64,000 nt of DNA from Chrysomallon squamiferum (GCA_012295275.1 CM022678.1:3038001-3102000), one strand, 5' to 3'; numbered from the stretch's first letter, positions 24,999 through 38,756 are shown. Notes: generated by a model from the sequence alone, not told the origin. Numbers and translations: made by a program.

Positions 24999-25468
24999 GT
25001 AAGCAGGATGGTAGTATGATGGCTATGTCATGGTGTGTATGGCTTTTCAGAAATGTATAAGAAGTAAGATATGTTGTTGATTTATTTAGTTTTTTGGTTT
25101 CTTTATGTATTATATTATTTAAATTCTTTGTTAGTTGCATTACTTGTGGTATGTTTCTTATTTATTTTATGTTATTTTATTTTGTTTTATTTTATATCAT
25201 TTTATTTTACTTTGTTTTATTATATTTTATAAAAATAAATTCAATTATTTCCTTTAATTTAATTAATTTTAATTAATTTAATTCACATTATTTTATTTTA
25301 TTTTACTTTATTTTAATTTTATTTAATTTTATTTTACTTCAGTTAAAATTTATGTATTTCACTCACAGCAATGATACAGAATAAAACTGAAAGGTAAACA
25401 AATTATTTTCTATAATTATTAACTATCCACCATCTTTTCTTTAAAACATCAGTTCTTCTTATTTTCAG

Positions 25469-25750
25469 ACAAATTCATGTTCACTAAACTTTCTCTGGAG
25501 GCAGAAACTAAGCTGACACATCCTACAAGTTTAGAAATATCTTCACTGGAGGTGATGTTACATTATGATGCTGTAGTCACAGCTGATGCTATTGACATCA
25601 CTGCTGGACTGGTTCATCTTGAAGGTGGAGCATCATTGTACACCAGTTCACGAGGATCAAATGCAAACACAGGACCAGGAGCAGGAAATACAGAAAGTTC
25701 ATCTGGCGGATGCCATGGTGGATATGGTGGGAAAGCTCTTAAAGCAAGAG
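25469..25750 (+). CDS. Exon 25
   Basis: tcag|acaaa ... agag|gtggg, phase 1/1; GGCHGGYGG. Confidence 0.86.
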
Positions 25751-26248
25751 GTGGGCAGAAAAGAAAAAAAATTGATTTAAATGTAGTTTTTTTTATTAAA
25801 AAGCATTCTTTAATTTTATCTTAAATGAAGACCTTTTTGATAATTTATTTTGTTTTCAAAAATTAATATTCTTTACACAAAAATGTATTTGATACCATTA
25901 TCTTCAACAAAAATAGAAACAATGATTAGTAATGGTGATAAATATATTAATGATAATTTTTTGTTATTATTGGTAGTACTAGAGGTAGGATTTGAAATAG
26001 CAGTAAGATGTGTAATAGTAAAAACAATTATTAGTTATATTATTATGATTTCTTGTTATTATTGGACTTGTTGATTTAGTAGTAGTGGAGCTATGAAAAA
26101 TACTGTTACAGTTATTTTAGCATAAAAACTGCAAATGTATTATTCACAAATAGAAGAGGGGAAGTTTCTTATTATGTTGTTAAAAATATTTTATTTATCT
26201 TGTTATTATGCATGAATTAATACATTTACAATTGTAATTATTTTGTAG

Positions 26249-29200
26249 GTACTCCATACAACTCCTATCTTCATCCAGTAATGCCAGGAAGTGGGGGTGG
26301 TGGAGTAAAAGGAGGATCAGGTGGGGGTGTGGTCTTCTTGAATATCACTGATTCACTTCACATTGATGGTTCCATTCTAGCTAAGGGAGGTAACTCCCAA
26401 GGTGATAATGGTGGTGGAGGAAGCGGGGGCAGCATTTACATCAATGCCACAACATTCTCAGGACATGGTGAGATCTCTGTTGAAGGAGGGAGTGGTACTG
26501 GCAGTGGAGGGGGCGGATCAGGTGGGAGAGTAGCCATCAAGAGCAGTCGTCTTCTTGAATACAGTGGGGAGCTGAAGACCTTTGGTGGGTATGACAAAAC
26601 AAAAGGAGGTGACAGTGGCGCTGGTGGAACAGTGTTTATAAAATATAACCTCCTGAATGCTCCTCAGTCAGAAGAAGATTATGAGGGTCGTTTGCCAACA
26701 ACAAAATTACTTCTAGACAATGACAACAGAAATGATAAACTAGCAACAGTCCTTATACCAGACAATGGAAAAAACATCACAGTCAGTGAATTGAAAGTCC
26801 TTCGACATGTTGTTGTGGAAATGATGGGGAATAACTCGGAAATGACTGTAGACAAGTTTGATGGGGACAGAACAGGACAGCTGCACTTAAAGACAGGTCA
26901 GAAATTGTTTGCTGAGTATGTGTCTTCAACAACAGGCTACACAGTGGCTCCTGTCAGCTACAGCATAGAACCAGGAGCCGAGCTTGTTTTGCCTTCAACT
27001 GTGATCATGCTGGGCACCAGAACTCACCTCCGTGGACAGATGACGGGAGTACACAATTTGACCTTAGCAGAACAAGCTGATGTGTCATTCTACTCCACTG
27101 CCAGAACAGCACTGATAGAGAATGATGAGTACACTCACCTCACAACTCCTGGTAACATCAGCTACAGCTGGCTCACTGTCCAGAGAGGGTCTGAAGCAAC
27201 ATTCACTGACGTCTCAGATGGTCTCACATTAACTATAAACATCTTTGTGCTCAAGTACCAGGGTAAGATCTGGATGAATAAAGGAACCATCAACTCTAAT
27301 GTTGCTGTGGTTGAAAGTGAAGGCAAGCTAATACTTGATGGTATGGGACATGGTTTTGCTTCTGGTCCTGGTCGTGGATCAACAAATGACGGAAAAGGAC
27401 AAGGGGCAGCTCATGGAGGTCACGGTGGGGCAGAAAAACCTGAACAGGGTGGATTACCTTATGATTCTGTGTACAGACCAGCCGAGCCAGGCAGTGGTGG
27501 AGGAAATGGTGAAGGACAAGGGGGAAGTGGAGGAGGATATTTGTTGTGGCAGAATGGAAAATTAATGGAACTAGATGGACTGATAACCCTGCAGGGTTCC
27601 AGTGGCAATGGTACCAGCAGTGGGGGAGGAAGTGGAGGTGGAGCTTTGATTAAAACACTGAATATCACTGGGTATGGACTGGTGGATGTGAGTGGGGGAA
27701 ATGGAACTGGACCTGATGGAGGTGGAGGAGGTGGAGGACGTCTGGCTCTTCATGTAGGATTTGACAATAGTTTTGGCGGTCGACTCAGATCTGTTGGTGG
27801 ACATGGAATAGGAACAATGCCTTCTGGGGCTGCTGGTACTGTATACATGGAGGAATCAGCACGTGGACCCCAGTATGATGAAGTGAAGTATGACAAAATG
27901 ACCAATGAAACCTACAGAGTGGCGACACACACAAGAATTGAAGTTGACAATGAAAACCTGGATATTGAACTGTACAAAAATCATGCAGAGCCTTGGCTGT
28001 ACTCTGTCCTTGATGAAGGATACAAAGACTTCTACGAGTTTAATGAAGGTTTTCTTACCAGACATGCAAACCTTCTGATTGAATATCCAGCTGGAAAGAA
28101 CGAGATTTCTATAGCCATACACAAGTTCTATGGAGACAGAACTGGACTAGTTCATATTAGAGAAAACCAGCATCTCTATGCCGAAGTGATTGAGTCCAAG
28201 ACCAATGAGTTCATTGCTCCGTGTAGTTTTAGAATTGATGCCAAGGCCGAGATGCTGCTTCCAGATATTAACCATTTCTTTGGAACAAGAACTGTCCTTG
28301 GTGGCCGTTTGACTGGACCAATAGAACTGTATCTTCGAGAAGGCGCTGACATTGTTTTCACCTCAACAGCTCAAACAGCTCTCATAGAAAACAGAACATA
28401 CACCATGCTGACTCCTGAAGGAAATTTCACTTTTGGCTTGTTTGCAACGATGAGGTATGCAACTGGAGAATTCCGAAAAATTGAAAAACCAATGTCCATC
28501 AATGCTTCTCTCTTTTATGTGAAATTCCAGTCAGAGCTGTTCATGAACAAAGCTGATCTCTTCACTGGACATGGTCAGTTAGAAAGTCAGGGTGTTCTTC
28601 ATCTCAATGGTGCTGGTTTCCCATCGGAGGAAGGAATTGGTAGTGGAGTCACTGAAAATGAGGCAGGAACTGGTGGTGGTCATGGTGGTTATGGAGGAGG
28701 ACCAACTCAAAGGTTTGGAGGACCAGCCTATGACTCTGTATTCAGACCTGTAGAAGCTGGCAGCGGAGGAGGAAATGGAACTGGAGTAGGAGGTAGAGGT
28801 GGAGGCATTCTGTACTGGGAAGGAGCAGATGACATTGAAATAGATGGATTGCTGTCTGCAACAGGAACAGCAGGTTCTGAAGGAAATGCTGGAGGTGGAA
28901 GTGGTGGAGCTGTGTTCATTAAAACAACAAATATCTCAGGACATGGAGTGATCAGTGTCAGAGGTGGGGATGCTTATGGATCTGGTGGAGGTGGATCTGG
29001 AGGAAGAATAGCTGTTCACTGTCGACTGAGAAACCAATATGGTGGAAAGTATGAGAATGCTGGTGGGATTGGTACAGGTGAAAAAAGCAGATCACATTCT
29101 GGTGCAGCAGGAACTACCTATGTTGAAGAAAACATGAGACCTCTTGAATACCGCTACAGAAAATATGACAAATTCTTGAATGAGACCTTTCTTCAGGTGG

Positions 29201-30262
29201 ATCACACACACATCCATGCTGACAACCAGTTTCATTTCAGTCCTTCACCAACAATGCTGATGGATCCTTTGTGCGGAAATTGTCATGGAGGCAGTACAGA
29301 GCTTCTTGACTTGGGAAGAGTAGACTATGAGATTGATGAACTGGAACTGTTGGGAACTACACGTCTGATGGTCTACCACCCGACAAATGAGGCAACTGTC
29401 ACTGTGACAACTCATGTATTCATTGGAGACAAATCAGGCCAGCTACATCTCAGAAACAATCAGATCGTTTATGCTGAAGTCATCCAGTCAGTCCTGAACA
29501 AAACAGAAGCTCCTTGTGGCTTTATAATTGACCAAGGAGCAGAGATTGTCCTTCCAGGAGAGTTTCACATACATGGGACAAATGGAACAATAGGTGGAAC
29601 AATAACGGGAGTTCTGAATCTGTTTGTGGAACGTGATGTATTCATGGTGTTCAGATCAACTGCTAACACTGCTCTGCTGATAAATGGAACTGAAGGAAGA
29701 ACAAGAGTTACTCCTGCTGGTAATTTTGCCTTTGACACTCTGCATGTGAAACAGGGTGGAAATATGAACTTCCTAGAAGTTTCTGAAACATTGAAAATAG
29801 AAGTCAGTGAACTCAAAGTTAAATATGGTGGACTGTTATACATGAACAGAGCAAAAATTTATTCAACCTACTCCTGGGTGGAAAGCCAGGGTGTGTTCCA
29901 CCTCAATGGAGGGGGGTACGAGGAAACAAATGGGTCTAGTCCAGGAATTAGTATAGATGGAGTGGGGTATGGTGCTGGACATGGTGGACAAGGAAGTGCA
30001 CCGAATGTTTCATTACTACCAGATGGATATGGGTCAGTCTGGACACCCACTGATGCAGGAAGTGATGGGGGAAATGGGACAGGAACAGGTGGAAAAGGTG
30101 GAGGGGTTCTGTTCTGGGAAACCAGTCACTACATGGAACTCGATGGACTTGTTGCAGCTGCTGGATTGGATGGAAATGGAGGTAACTCTGGTGGTGGCAG
30201 TGGAGGAAGTGTCTGGATTAAAACTACAAATATATCAGGACATGGTGAAATTGCAGTTAATG
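26249..30262 (+). CDS. Exon 26 (4.0 kb; more than 3 repeat units)
   Basis: gtag|gtact ... aatg|gtaag, phase 1/1; ORF 26281-30459 is uninterrupted. Confidence 0.92.
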
Positions 30263-31154
30263 GTAAGTTATTGTTATTTTTGTTATTATTATTATTATTG
30301 CTATTTTTATTATTTTTTATGTTTATTGTTTTTATTGTTACCATTTTTTTTTTTGTTATTATTATTATTATTATGACTATTATTATTGTTATTATTGTTA
30401 TTGTTGTTGCCATTTATTTTTATTTTATTGTTATTGCTGTTTATTATTATTATTTTTAATAAATGTATTGTATAAATATTTTTTAATAATTTTTATTATT
30501 ATTACTAACTACTATTATTTTTATTATTTAAATTTTTAAAATTTTATTCAGTAGTTTATTTTTTTTTCATTTAATTTTATGCTTTTTGTTGTTATTTTTA
30601 TTGTTGTTGTTGTTATTATTTACTACTACTTTTTTTTTTTTATTTTATTTTATTATTAAAAACAATTTTGTTACTTTTATTTCAACAGTTTTGGCATAAA
30701 CCTTAGTAACATGCCACTTACTAATATTTCTTCTTATTTTCTTAAATGGTATGCAAAATTTTCTTGGCACTCGACACTGAATCAAGCTCACTACATGTTA
30801 CAATTTAGCATAATATTAATTTGTTTCTTTTGTGGTGAATTTTAACTGAGAAAAAAATAAAAAAAAAAAAAAACAAATAAAAAAAAAAGCATGAGAATAA
30901 ATAAATGAGGAAGAAAGAAAGAAATGGAATATGATTATGACGATAATAATGACAATGATGAAAATTATAATTATGATAATTATGATGATTATCATGGTGA
31001 TGAAAAATATAATGATGATTATAATGAACATGATTATTATAAAAACAATAAACATGATGATAATAATGATGACGATAATGGTATGACACAGTAATTAAAA
31101 TATATAACAAACATATTCTACTAAATGTACAAATAATAAAATGTTTTACTACAG

Positions 31155-33496
31155 GTGGCAATGCTGGTGGTGTTGGAGGTGGGGGTAGTGGTGGAAGGAT
31201 AGCTATACACTGCCGTTGGAGATACAGTTTTGGAGGAAAGTTCACCAACCATGGAGGCAAGGGAGGTCTAAAGTTGGTAGCAAAACTGGGAGGAGCAGCA
31301 GGCACAACATTTGTAGAGAACAACCTTCGACCCCTAGAGTACCGTATCCTCAAATACCTTAAAGAAGATAACATCACAACCAAATACTTCAAGGTGGACC
31401 ACCACTATGTACATTCTGACAATAATGGTCTGTGGGTTCCAGGAGCCACAGTTGTTCAGGATTTCAACAGACTTCACTTTAATTTCACAGAGATGGAAAT
31501 TAATGGGTTTTCTCGTGTGATCTTCCATCAAGCATCAGCTTCAGGGCATGATGTTGTTGTTGTTGTGCACAGACTGATGGGAGACAAGACCGGACAGCTA
31601 CACTTGAGATCTGAACAGAAAGCTCTGATAGAATTTGTTGAATCAATCAGCAATGTCACTGAAGCACCCTGCAGTTACAACATTGACTATGGCAGTGAAG
31701 TTGTCTTCCCAACAGAGGTGCATCTGCAAGGTGTGAACACCACCATTGAGGGCAAAATGACTGGTGTGCATCATCTCTATGTAGAAGATGGTGCCTTCCT
31801 TAATGTAGATGCCACAGCAGAAACTGTAATCATTGAGAATGGAACATACACTGACACATCTGGGGAAGGTAACTTTTCAGTGTTTACTCTGAACGTTCAG
31901 AACAAAGGAGAAGTCCAGTTTCAGAGAGTCTTACATGACATCACCATTACAGCTGCCTTCATAGAGGTCAAACATGGTGGCAAGATCTACATGAATCATG
32001 GATTCCTTGAAGTTGGAGATATGGACATGGAGACTGATTCTGTTTTAGATCTGGTGTCACGGGGTTCAAAGGCAGGAGAAGGACCAGGTGCAGGAGCTTC
32101 TGAAGGAGCTGGTGGGAGCTATGGAGGAGCAGGAGGCTCAGCCAGTGAAAGTCAAGCCTATGGGTCTGTATTTTCTCCAACTGATCTAGGAAGTGGAGGT
32201 GGTGGGAGTGGAGCAGGAGGCGGTGGTGGGTTTGTTAATCTCAGAGTAGGCAAACAACTACATGTGGATGGTGTTGTCACTGCTGCAGGTGGAGATGCCT
32301 CAGATAGAGACAGTGGAGGTGGATCAGGTGGATCTATCTTCATCCAGGCCTTCAACTTCTCAGGTCATGGCCAGTTGAAATCTAGTGGTGGTCAAGGAAA
32401 CGGTTCTGGGGGAGGTGGGAGTGGTGGCCGGATATCTGTACATATCACCTTTAAAAATGACTATGGTGGTCAATACATAGCACATGGAGGTGCTTCCAGT
32501 AGCCATGGTGACAAAGACGGAGGACCAGGAACAATTTATAAATATGAATCACAGAGAGGACCACAGTACAGAGAACTCAAGTTTAACCCCAATCTGAATG
32601 CAACAGTTCTGAAGCCAGAACACATAAAACTCACAGTGGATAATGGAGAGGTAAAAACAGTTAATCCTGCAGTTGTTATGGAAAATGAAAGCCTGTTTTA
32701 CGAATTTGATGAAGTCCAAGTTGAAGGTTATTCCTATGTTCACTTCTACCACCCAGCAGAGGCTGAGAATGTCACAGTTGTTATACACGAACTCACAGGA
32801 AACAGAAAAGGATTGATCCGTGTGAAAAACCTGCAGCATGTTCGAATTGATTTTGTTGAATCTACTCACACCTATCTTGTATCTCCATGTGGCTTTCATG
32901 TCGACAGAGGGGGACAACTCTTGCTGCCAACCACAGTGGTCCTTCTGTCTCAGAAGTCAATATTAAATGGGACACTTACCGGAACAGAACATCTGGTTCT
33001 TGAAAGAGGCTCGGAACTGATTCTGTCGCAGTTTGCTGAATCTCTACTTGGAGTTCACTCTGCAGACATCCAGTCAAATCCAGGACTTGTGTATCTCATG
33101 ACTATTTCCTTGCACAACAAGGCTATCCTGACAGTTCAGTCCCATCCTACAAACCTAACAATAACTGCTGCAGACTTGTTTATCAAACAGGGAGGCATTT
33201 TGTCAGTGAAAACCCTCTTCACCAGTTTAAACACCACAAACTTAACAATTGAAAAAGGAGCCAAGGTCATAGGTGATGGTCAGGGTCATTCACAAGGTAA
33301 AGGTCAAGGAGCTGGAAGTGGCGGGGGTAAACTGGCTTCAGGAGCAGGTCATGCTTCTCTGGGAGGTTCCACAACCAGTTACAGAGGAGGAAACCCATAT
33401 GGGTCAGTATTGTGGTCAAACACTCCAGGAAGTGGTGGGGGTGGAGGCAATCTTGGTGGGTCTGGTGGAAGCACTGTTGTCATCAATGTTGCAAGA
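31155..33496 (+). CDS. Exon 27 (2.3 kb)
   Basis: acag|gtggc ... aga|gtaag, phase 1/0. Confidence 0.92.
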
Positions 33497-33808
33497 GTAA
33501 GCAGTTAATTTGTTAATTTTGTTAAACAGTTGAGAGCTTATTTATTTATTTATTTATTTATATTATCTATTTATTTAATTTTATTTAATTTATTATTTTT
33601 GTTGTTGTTATTATTATTTTGATTATAATTATTATGATTGTTTTTATTTTTTTCTATTACTGTTATATCTGTCAGTACAGTTCTTGTTACTTTTGGTATC
33701 ATTATATTATTAATTTGCAATTGTGTTACTGTTGTTGTTGCTCTTCTTCTTTTTGTTATTGTTGTTGTTGTTGTTGTTCTTATTATTATTACTATTATTA
33801 TTTGACAG

Positions 33809-33983
33809 GAATTCATTCTAGAAGGTTTGATCAGTATGGGTGGGACAGATGGAAAGACAGAGAAGGTGGGAACTGATGAGTGGGTATGTGGAGGGGGAGG
33901 AAGTGGAGGGAGTGTTCTTATCAAGTCTTACAATCTGATTGGAAGAGGAAAAGTCCAGACACATGGAGGAAATGCTGCAATAG
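33809..33983 (+). CDS. Exon 28
   Basis: acag|gaa ... atag|gtaaa, phase 0/1; GGGSGGSVLI. Confidence 0.88.
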
Positions 33984-34623
33984 GTAAAACATTTTTTTTA
34001 TTCATCTGCTAATTCAAGTTACTATCAAATGTGATTGTTCTTTGATTTACAAACCATTGCAGATGATATGCCTATATTTGTGCACAACATAAAAATATAG
34101 ATATAAAAATATATATACACTCACCTGCATATATGTTCTCACACACAGAGACACATATATGTACATGTGGTGGTAGCACACATATACACACATAAACACA
34201 AATACAAACACAGATATACATACACACAGACACAGGCAGACATATGCAACAAATACTGACATAAACAGACACTTACACAAATACAAATATACACATACAT
34301 ATATACTGATATGAAAACATATAAAAATACACATACAAACATACATACATACTTACATACATCCATACAGAAACATTTGTTCCTTCTTTTCTCAGTATAA
34401 TCAACAAGAATTAATTTACATATTTATTCATTATCAGAATATATGAATATTAATCAAATATGTGTTCACTGAGTCAAAATTTGGTGCAGATGACAATTAA
34501 AACATTTCATAAAAAAGAACATTTTAGGTAACATTAAATAAATAGTTTATTTTTGTTTCATTTTTTTATTTGATAATTTGACAAAAGTGACATTATTAAA
34601 ATATTTATTAATTATTTTCTCAG

Positions 34624-34916
34624 AATGTGGAGGAGGTGCTGGAGGACGAATTTCCATTCACCTCTTGGAAATGTTCCGTTTCCTTGGATCAGTCACCTCT
34701 CTGGGTGGATCATCATCATCCAGTCATCCAGGATCTCATGGATCACCAGGAACTGTTCATGTGTTGTCAACCATAGGTGAATACAAGTCACCACAAGTGT
34801 GGGTTGACAACCAGAACTTCGGCACGTTGTACCACTGTTTGTATCCTGTGTATCTGCCACTGATTGATATATCAGCTCTGTACTTGTATCACCAGGCCTG
34901 TGTCAGAATGGAAGAG
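34624..34916 (+). CDS. Exon 29
   Basis: tcag|aatgt ... gag|gtaag, phase 1/0; GGGAGGRISI, GSPGTVH. Confidence 0.88.
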
Positions 34917-35149
34917 GTAAGTAATGATTTACACTGACACACAAAAACATGCATTTACAAACATACATATACACACACATATACAAACACACACTGATTC
35001 ACACACAAACACACAGATACATGCACATACAAGCAGACACACACATACACAACATACAAACACATGCTCATACAAACACCCATAAATGACACATCACAAA
35101 CAAACAAACAAAACACCCAGAGAAACACACATAGATATAAATACTATTA

Positions 35150-35252
35150 CTATATTATTATTACTATTATTACTATAATTATTATCATTATTTTATTAGC
35201 CTTATTATTATTACTATTACTGTATTATTATTGTTATTATTATTATTATTAC

Positions 35253-35317
<65 letters not shown>

Positions 35318-35322
35318 TTATT
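35150..35322. repeat. (TAT)n microsatellite
   Basis: Long TAT/TAC array immediately upstream of the exon 30 acceptor. Confidence 0.9.
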
Positions 35323-35329
35323 GATACAG

Positions 35330-35577
35330 AACAATCTCTATGTTGACGGTCTTGGTGGAGATGGGACAGGTCTACTTGATGTCATTAATGGCCGATCTGT
35401 AACAGTTGGACGGTACTCAAAGAGGGCTCACATAAATACTTACATAAATTCAGCTTCCTTGGCATTTTTATACCTGCCAGCCACAACATACATTGAAAGG
35501 GGACTCAACAACTATGGAGGCATATTTGGAGTACAACATCTTTATGTGAGAAGTGATGTAACTCTGCATCAGACAGG
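35330..35577 (+). CDS. Exon 30
   Basis: acag|aac ... acagg|gtaag, phase 0/2; GGDGTGLLDV. Confidence 0.87.
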
Positions 35578-36292
35578 GTAAGTTTGTACAGAAAGAAAGA
35601 TAATCTGTTTCTGTTTAGAGTTATGTGCCTTGGTCTTGTAGATTTATTACTTTTCTTTTCCTGATGGGAATTGTGAAGAGATGTATAAGTTAAATAAATT
35701 AATTAATTGATTAATAATAATTATAATAATATATAGGATGAATACAATAAATAATTAAATATACTATGAATAGCACTGGTTTTGTTATCATAGTATATTT
35801 AGAATACATTTATAGATGAAATATTAATTTAATCTTAATTGGTTTATTTATCCTTTAAAAGGTAAATGTTTGTATGTGTATGTGAGTTTGTCTATTTGTG
35901 TATTCATGTGTTTGTGTATGTGTGTGTGTGTATTTGTTTCTTAATATCTGTGTATATATGTACATAATTTGATATATGAAAACATGTAAAATATTAATTT
36001 CTTCACAAGTTTATATTCAGTTCAGAAATTATGTTTATATTTAATATATTAGTAGGTTTTTTCTAATGAAAACAAATGTAACCACACATATACTGAACAC
36101 TTTTCAATTTAAAAAACATCTTGTCTGTATTAGAGTTCTTCTTGAAAAAAAATGTACACACACAAACACAGATCACTTTTAATTTTTTGTAAAATCTTTT
36201 CTATATTACAATTTTTCTTACATGAAAACAAATTTACACACACACAAACACAGATCATTTTTAATTAAAAAAAAAATCTTGTTTCACTTCAG

Positions 36293-36547
36293 ATACAGCA
36301 GAAGTTTGACACGGACAGACAATGTGACCTACAGCGCTATGTACAGATTCACAACATTCACCATCATGAACTCTGCCTCGCTGACACTTCATGCTTCATC
36401 TTACAAAACATCGTCAACACTACAGCTCGTAACCGAGGTAACAAGAGCTCAGTACAGAAGTAAGATCTTTGTTGATCGGTCAGCCTATTTGAGGGGCAGA
36501 GAACTGCATATCGAAAAGAAAGCAATAGTTGATGGCAATGCAAGAGG
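36293..36547 (+). CDS. Exon 31
   Basis: tcag|atac ... agagg|gtatg, phase 2/2. Confidence 0.86.
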
Positions 36548-36977
36548 GTATGAAGAGTTTTGTTTCCATTGTTTTTCTTTTTAGTTATGGCTTTGCAAAG
36601 TTGGTTTTGTGTTGCTGTTTATTTGTTTGTTTTTTGTGGTGGGGCTGGGGTTTTGGTTTTGGTTTTTTTTTTGGGGGGGGTTTTGGGGGAGGGTTTAAAA
36701 TAATTTTCTCACTTTTTATATAATTTTTTATACTGACAGATACCAGTACCAACACACTTGTACTATGACATACATAGACTTTCATAAACACATATACATA
36801 GGTTTATTTTTGTTTAATGATATGCATATGCTGTGTAATTTGTTTGTTTGTTTGATTTATTTTAATTCATTTATATATTTATTAATTTATTTGTTTACAT
36901 ATTTGTTTGTTTGTCTATTTATTCAGTGATTAGATTTTTTAATTAATCTGTATCACTTTTACTTTTAAATTCAACAG

Positions 36978-37174
36978 CTACATTCACAACTCTGGGCCAG
37001 GGGCAGGGCACACCTGCAGAGCAGGATCTGGGGGAGGGTATGGAGGTGCTGGAGGGGATGGAAGAGGGTGTTCCAGCTGTCAGGGAGGAGCTACATATGA
37101 CAGTGCATGCTTGCCAGTCACTTCAGGAAGTGGTGGAGGATACTGTAGTCATGGAAACAGTAGAAGTGAAGGAG
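36978..37174 (+). CDS. Exon 32
   Basis: acag|ctac ... ggag|gtatg, phase 2/1; GGGYGGAGG, YDSACLPVTSGSGGG. Confidence 0.88.
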
Positions 37175-37476
37175 GTATGACAAGTTAAAGGTGGAGAGGG
37201 TGGAATGATATGTTTGTACCACAGCATTTTAAAATTAATAATATTTTGTTTGTGTGTGATAATATTGGTAACTAGTACTTAAATGTGTTATTATTATTAA
37301 ACAAAATTAAGTTAAATAAAAATATTTATGATGTGAACTTTGATATCAAATTCTTGTGACTAAACAGAACCAAAAATTCATTCTTGATATGCTCAAGTGA
37401 GGCAAGGAATGTTTGTTGTTGTTGTTGTTTTTATTATTATTATTACTATTGTTATTATTGTTGTTGTTGCTATTAC

Positions 37477-37508
<32 letters not shown>

Positions 37509-37623
37509 CTACTACTATTACTACTTTTACCATTATTATTATTGTTGTTGTTGTTGTTATTATTGTATTTATTATTATTATAATTATCATTATCATTATC
37601 ATTACTATTATTGTTACTTTCAG

Positions 37624-37898
37624 GTTCTGCTATTCGATTTACTCACACAGCCACTTACATGGAAGGAACAGTGACATTCAATGGCAGGAGTGGGTCTAGA
37701 GGTGGGGGTGGGGGTAGTGGCGGGGCTATTTGGCTGGATGCTGATTACACTAATGGGTGGGGTACCATGCTTGTCAATGGTGGGTCAGCAAGCTCTGACT
37801 GTGAGGGATGTTACAACGGTGGTTGTTGTTGTCATCACTATGGTGGTGGCGGAGGTGGTGGTCGCATTAGAACTCACAGTGACGTCTACATCAGCAAG
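37624..37898 (+). CDS. Exon 33 (last Gly-rich unit, Cys-rich)
   Basis: tcag|gttct ... aag|gtaat, phase 1/0; GGGSGGAIW, CCCHHYGGGGGGGRIR. Confidence 0.88.
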
Positions 37899-38501
37899 GT
37901 AATGTCATGATAACTGCAAACATTGCTATTATTATATAAAATAAGTTTTTGTTTGTTTATTTATTTATTTATTATTTTGTTGTTTATATATTTATTGACT
38001 ATCTGCTTGTTTACTTATTTATTATATTTATTCACTCTTCTTCTTCTTATTACTATTACTATTATTATTTATTTATTTATTTGTCCCTTCCATTCTTTCT
38101 TATTCAATCTTTTATTTATCCATTAATTCTTTCCTGTTTCTTACTTATATTTTATTTTCTCTCCTGTTTTTCTTTTTTCTTCTCTCATTCTTTTTTCATT
38201 TAATTGTTTGTTTATTCCTTCTTTCTCTCATAAGTTTTCAGTTTATTTCTTGCTTTAAAGAACATTACTGTTACTGTTACTGTTATTGTTATTATTATCA
38301 TTATTATTATTATTACTATTAGTAGTAGTAGTAGTATAGTAGTAGTAATAGTGACAGTAGTAATCATAGTATTAGAAGTAGTAGAATTATTGTTGTTATT
38401 CTTATTATTATTATTATATTTTTACATTTCTTAATATCAGTAATTTTAAAAACACAGATTTATTATTATTACTTTTTTTATTTATTTCTTCTTTTATTAA
38501 G

Positions 38502-38706
38502 GTTTTATTACATCGGCGCAGTCGTCAAGGAGGCAGTGGTCCAGGAGGCAATGGTGTTGCGGGGACTCTCTGCGACTACAGCAGCAACCTATGCAGTGGA
38601 AATGGGGACTGGAACACTACAACATCGCTGTGTGATTGCAAGGCTGGATATGTTGGAAGTGACTGTCAATATGAGTGTGATACTGCAACAATGTGTAGTA
38701 ACAAAG
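38502..38706 (+). CDS. Exon 34 (end of Gly region, first EGF-like repeat)
   Basis: ttaag|gtt ... aaag|gtgtg, phase 0/1; HRRSRQGG...CSGNG...CDCKAGYVGSDC. Confidence 0.85.
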
Positions 38707-38756
38707 GTGTGTAATACCAATATTTGCATATAGATGAAACTGATGAATAGTTTAAC

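Noticed and set aside
8999-33924. Minus-strand Pro-rich ORFs (PPLPPP)
   Set aside because: Antisense mirror of the Gly codons in + strand exons, with no independent splice or domain evidence.
222-38570. Bacterial contaminant (PE-PGRS or autotransporter-like Gly-rich gene)
   Set aside because: Interrupted by spliceosomal introns with animal repeats, and spliced in frame to EGF/VWD exons.
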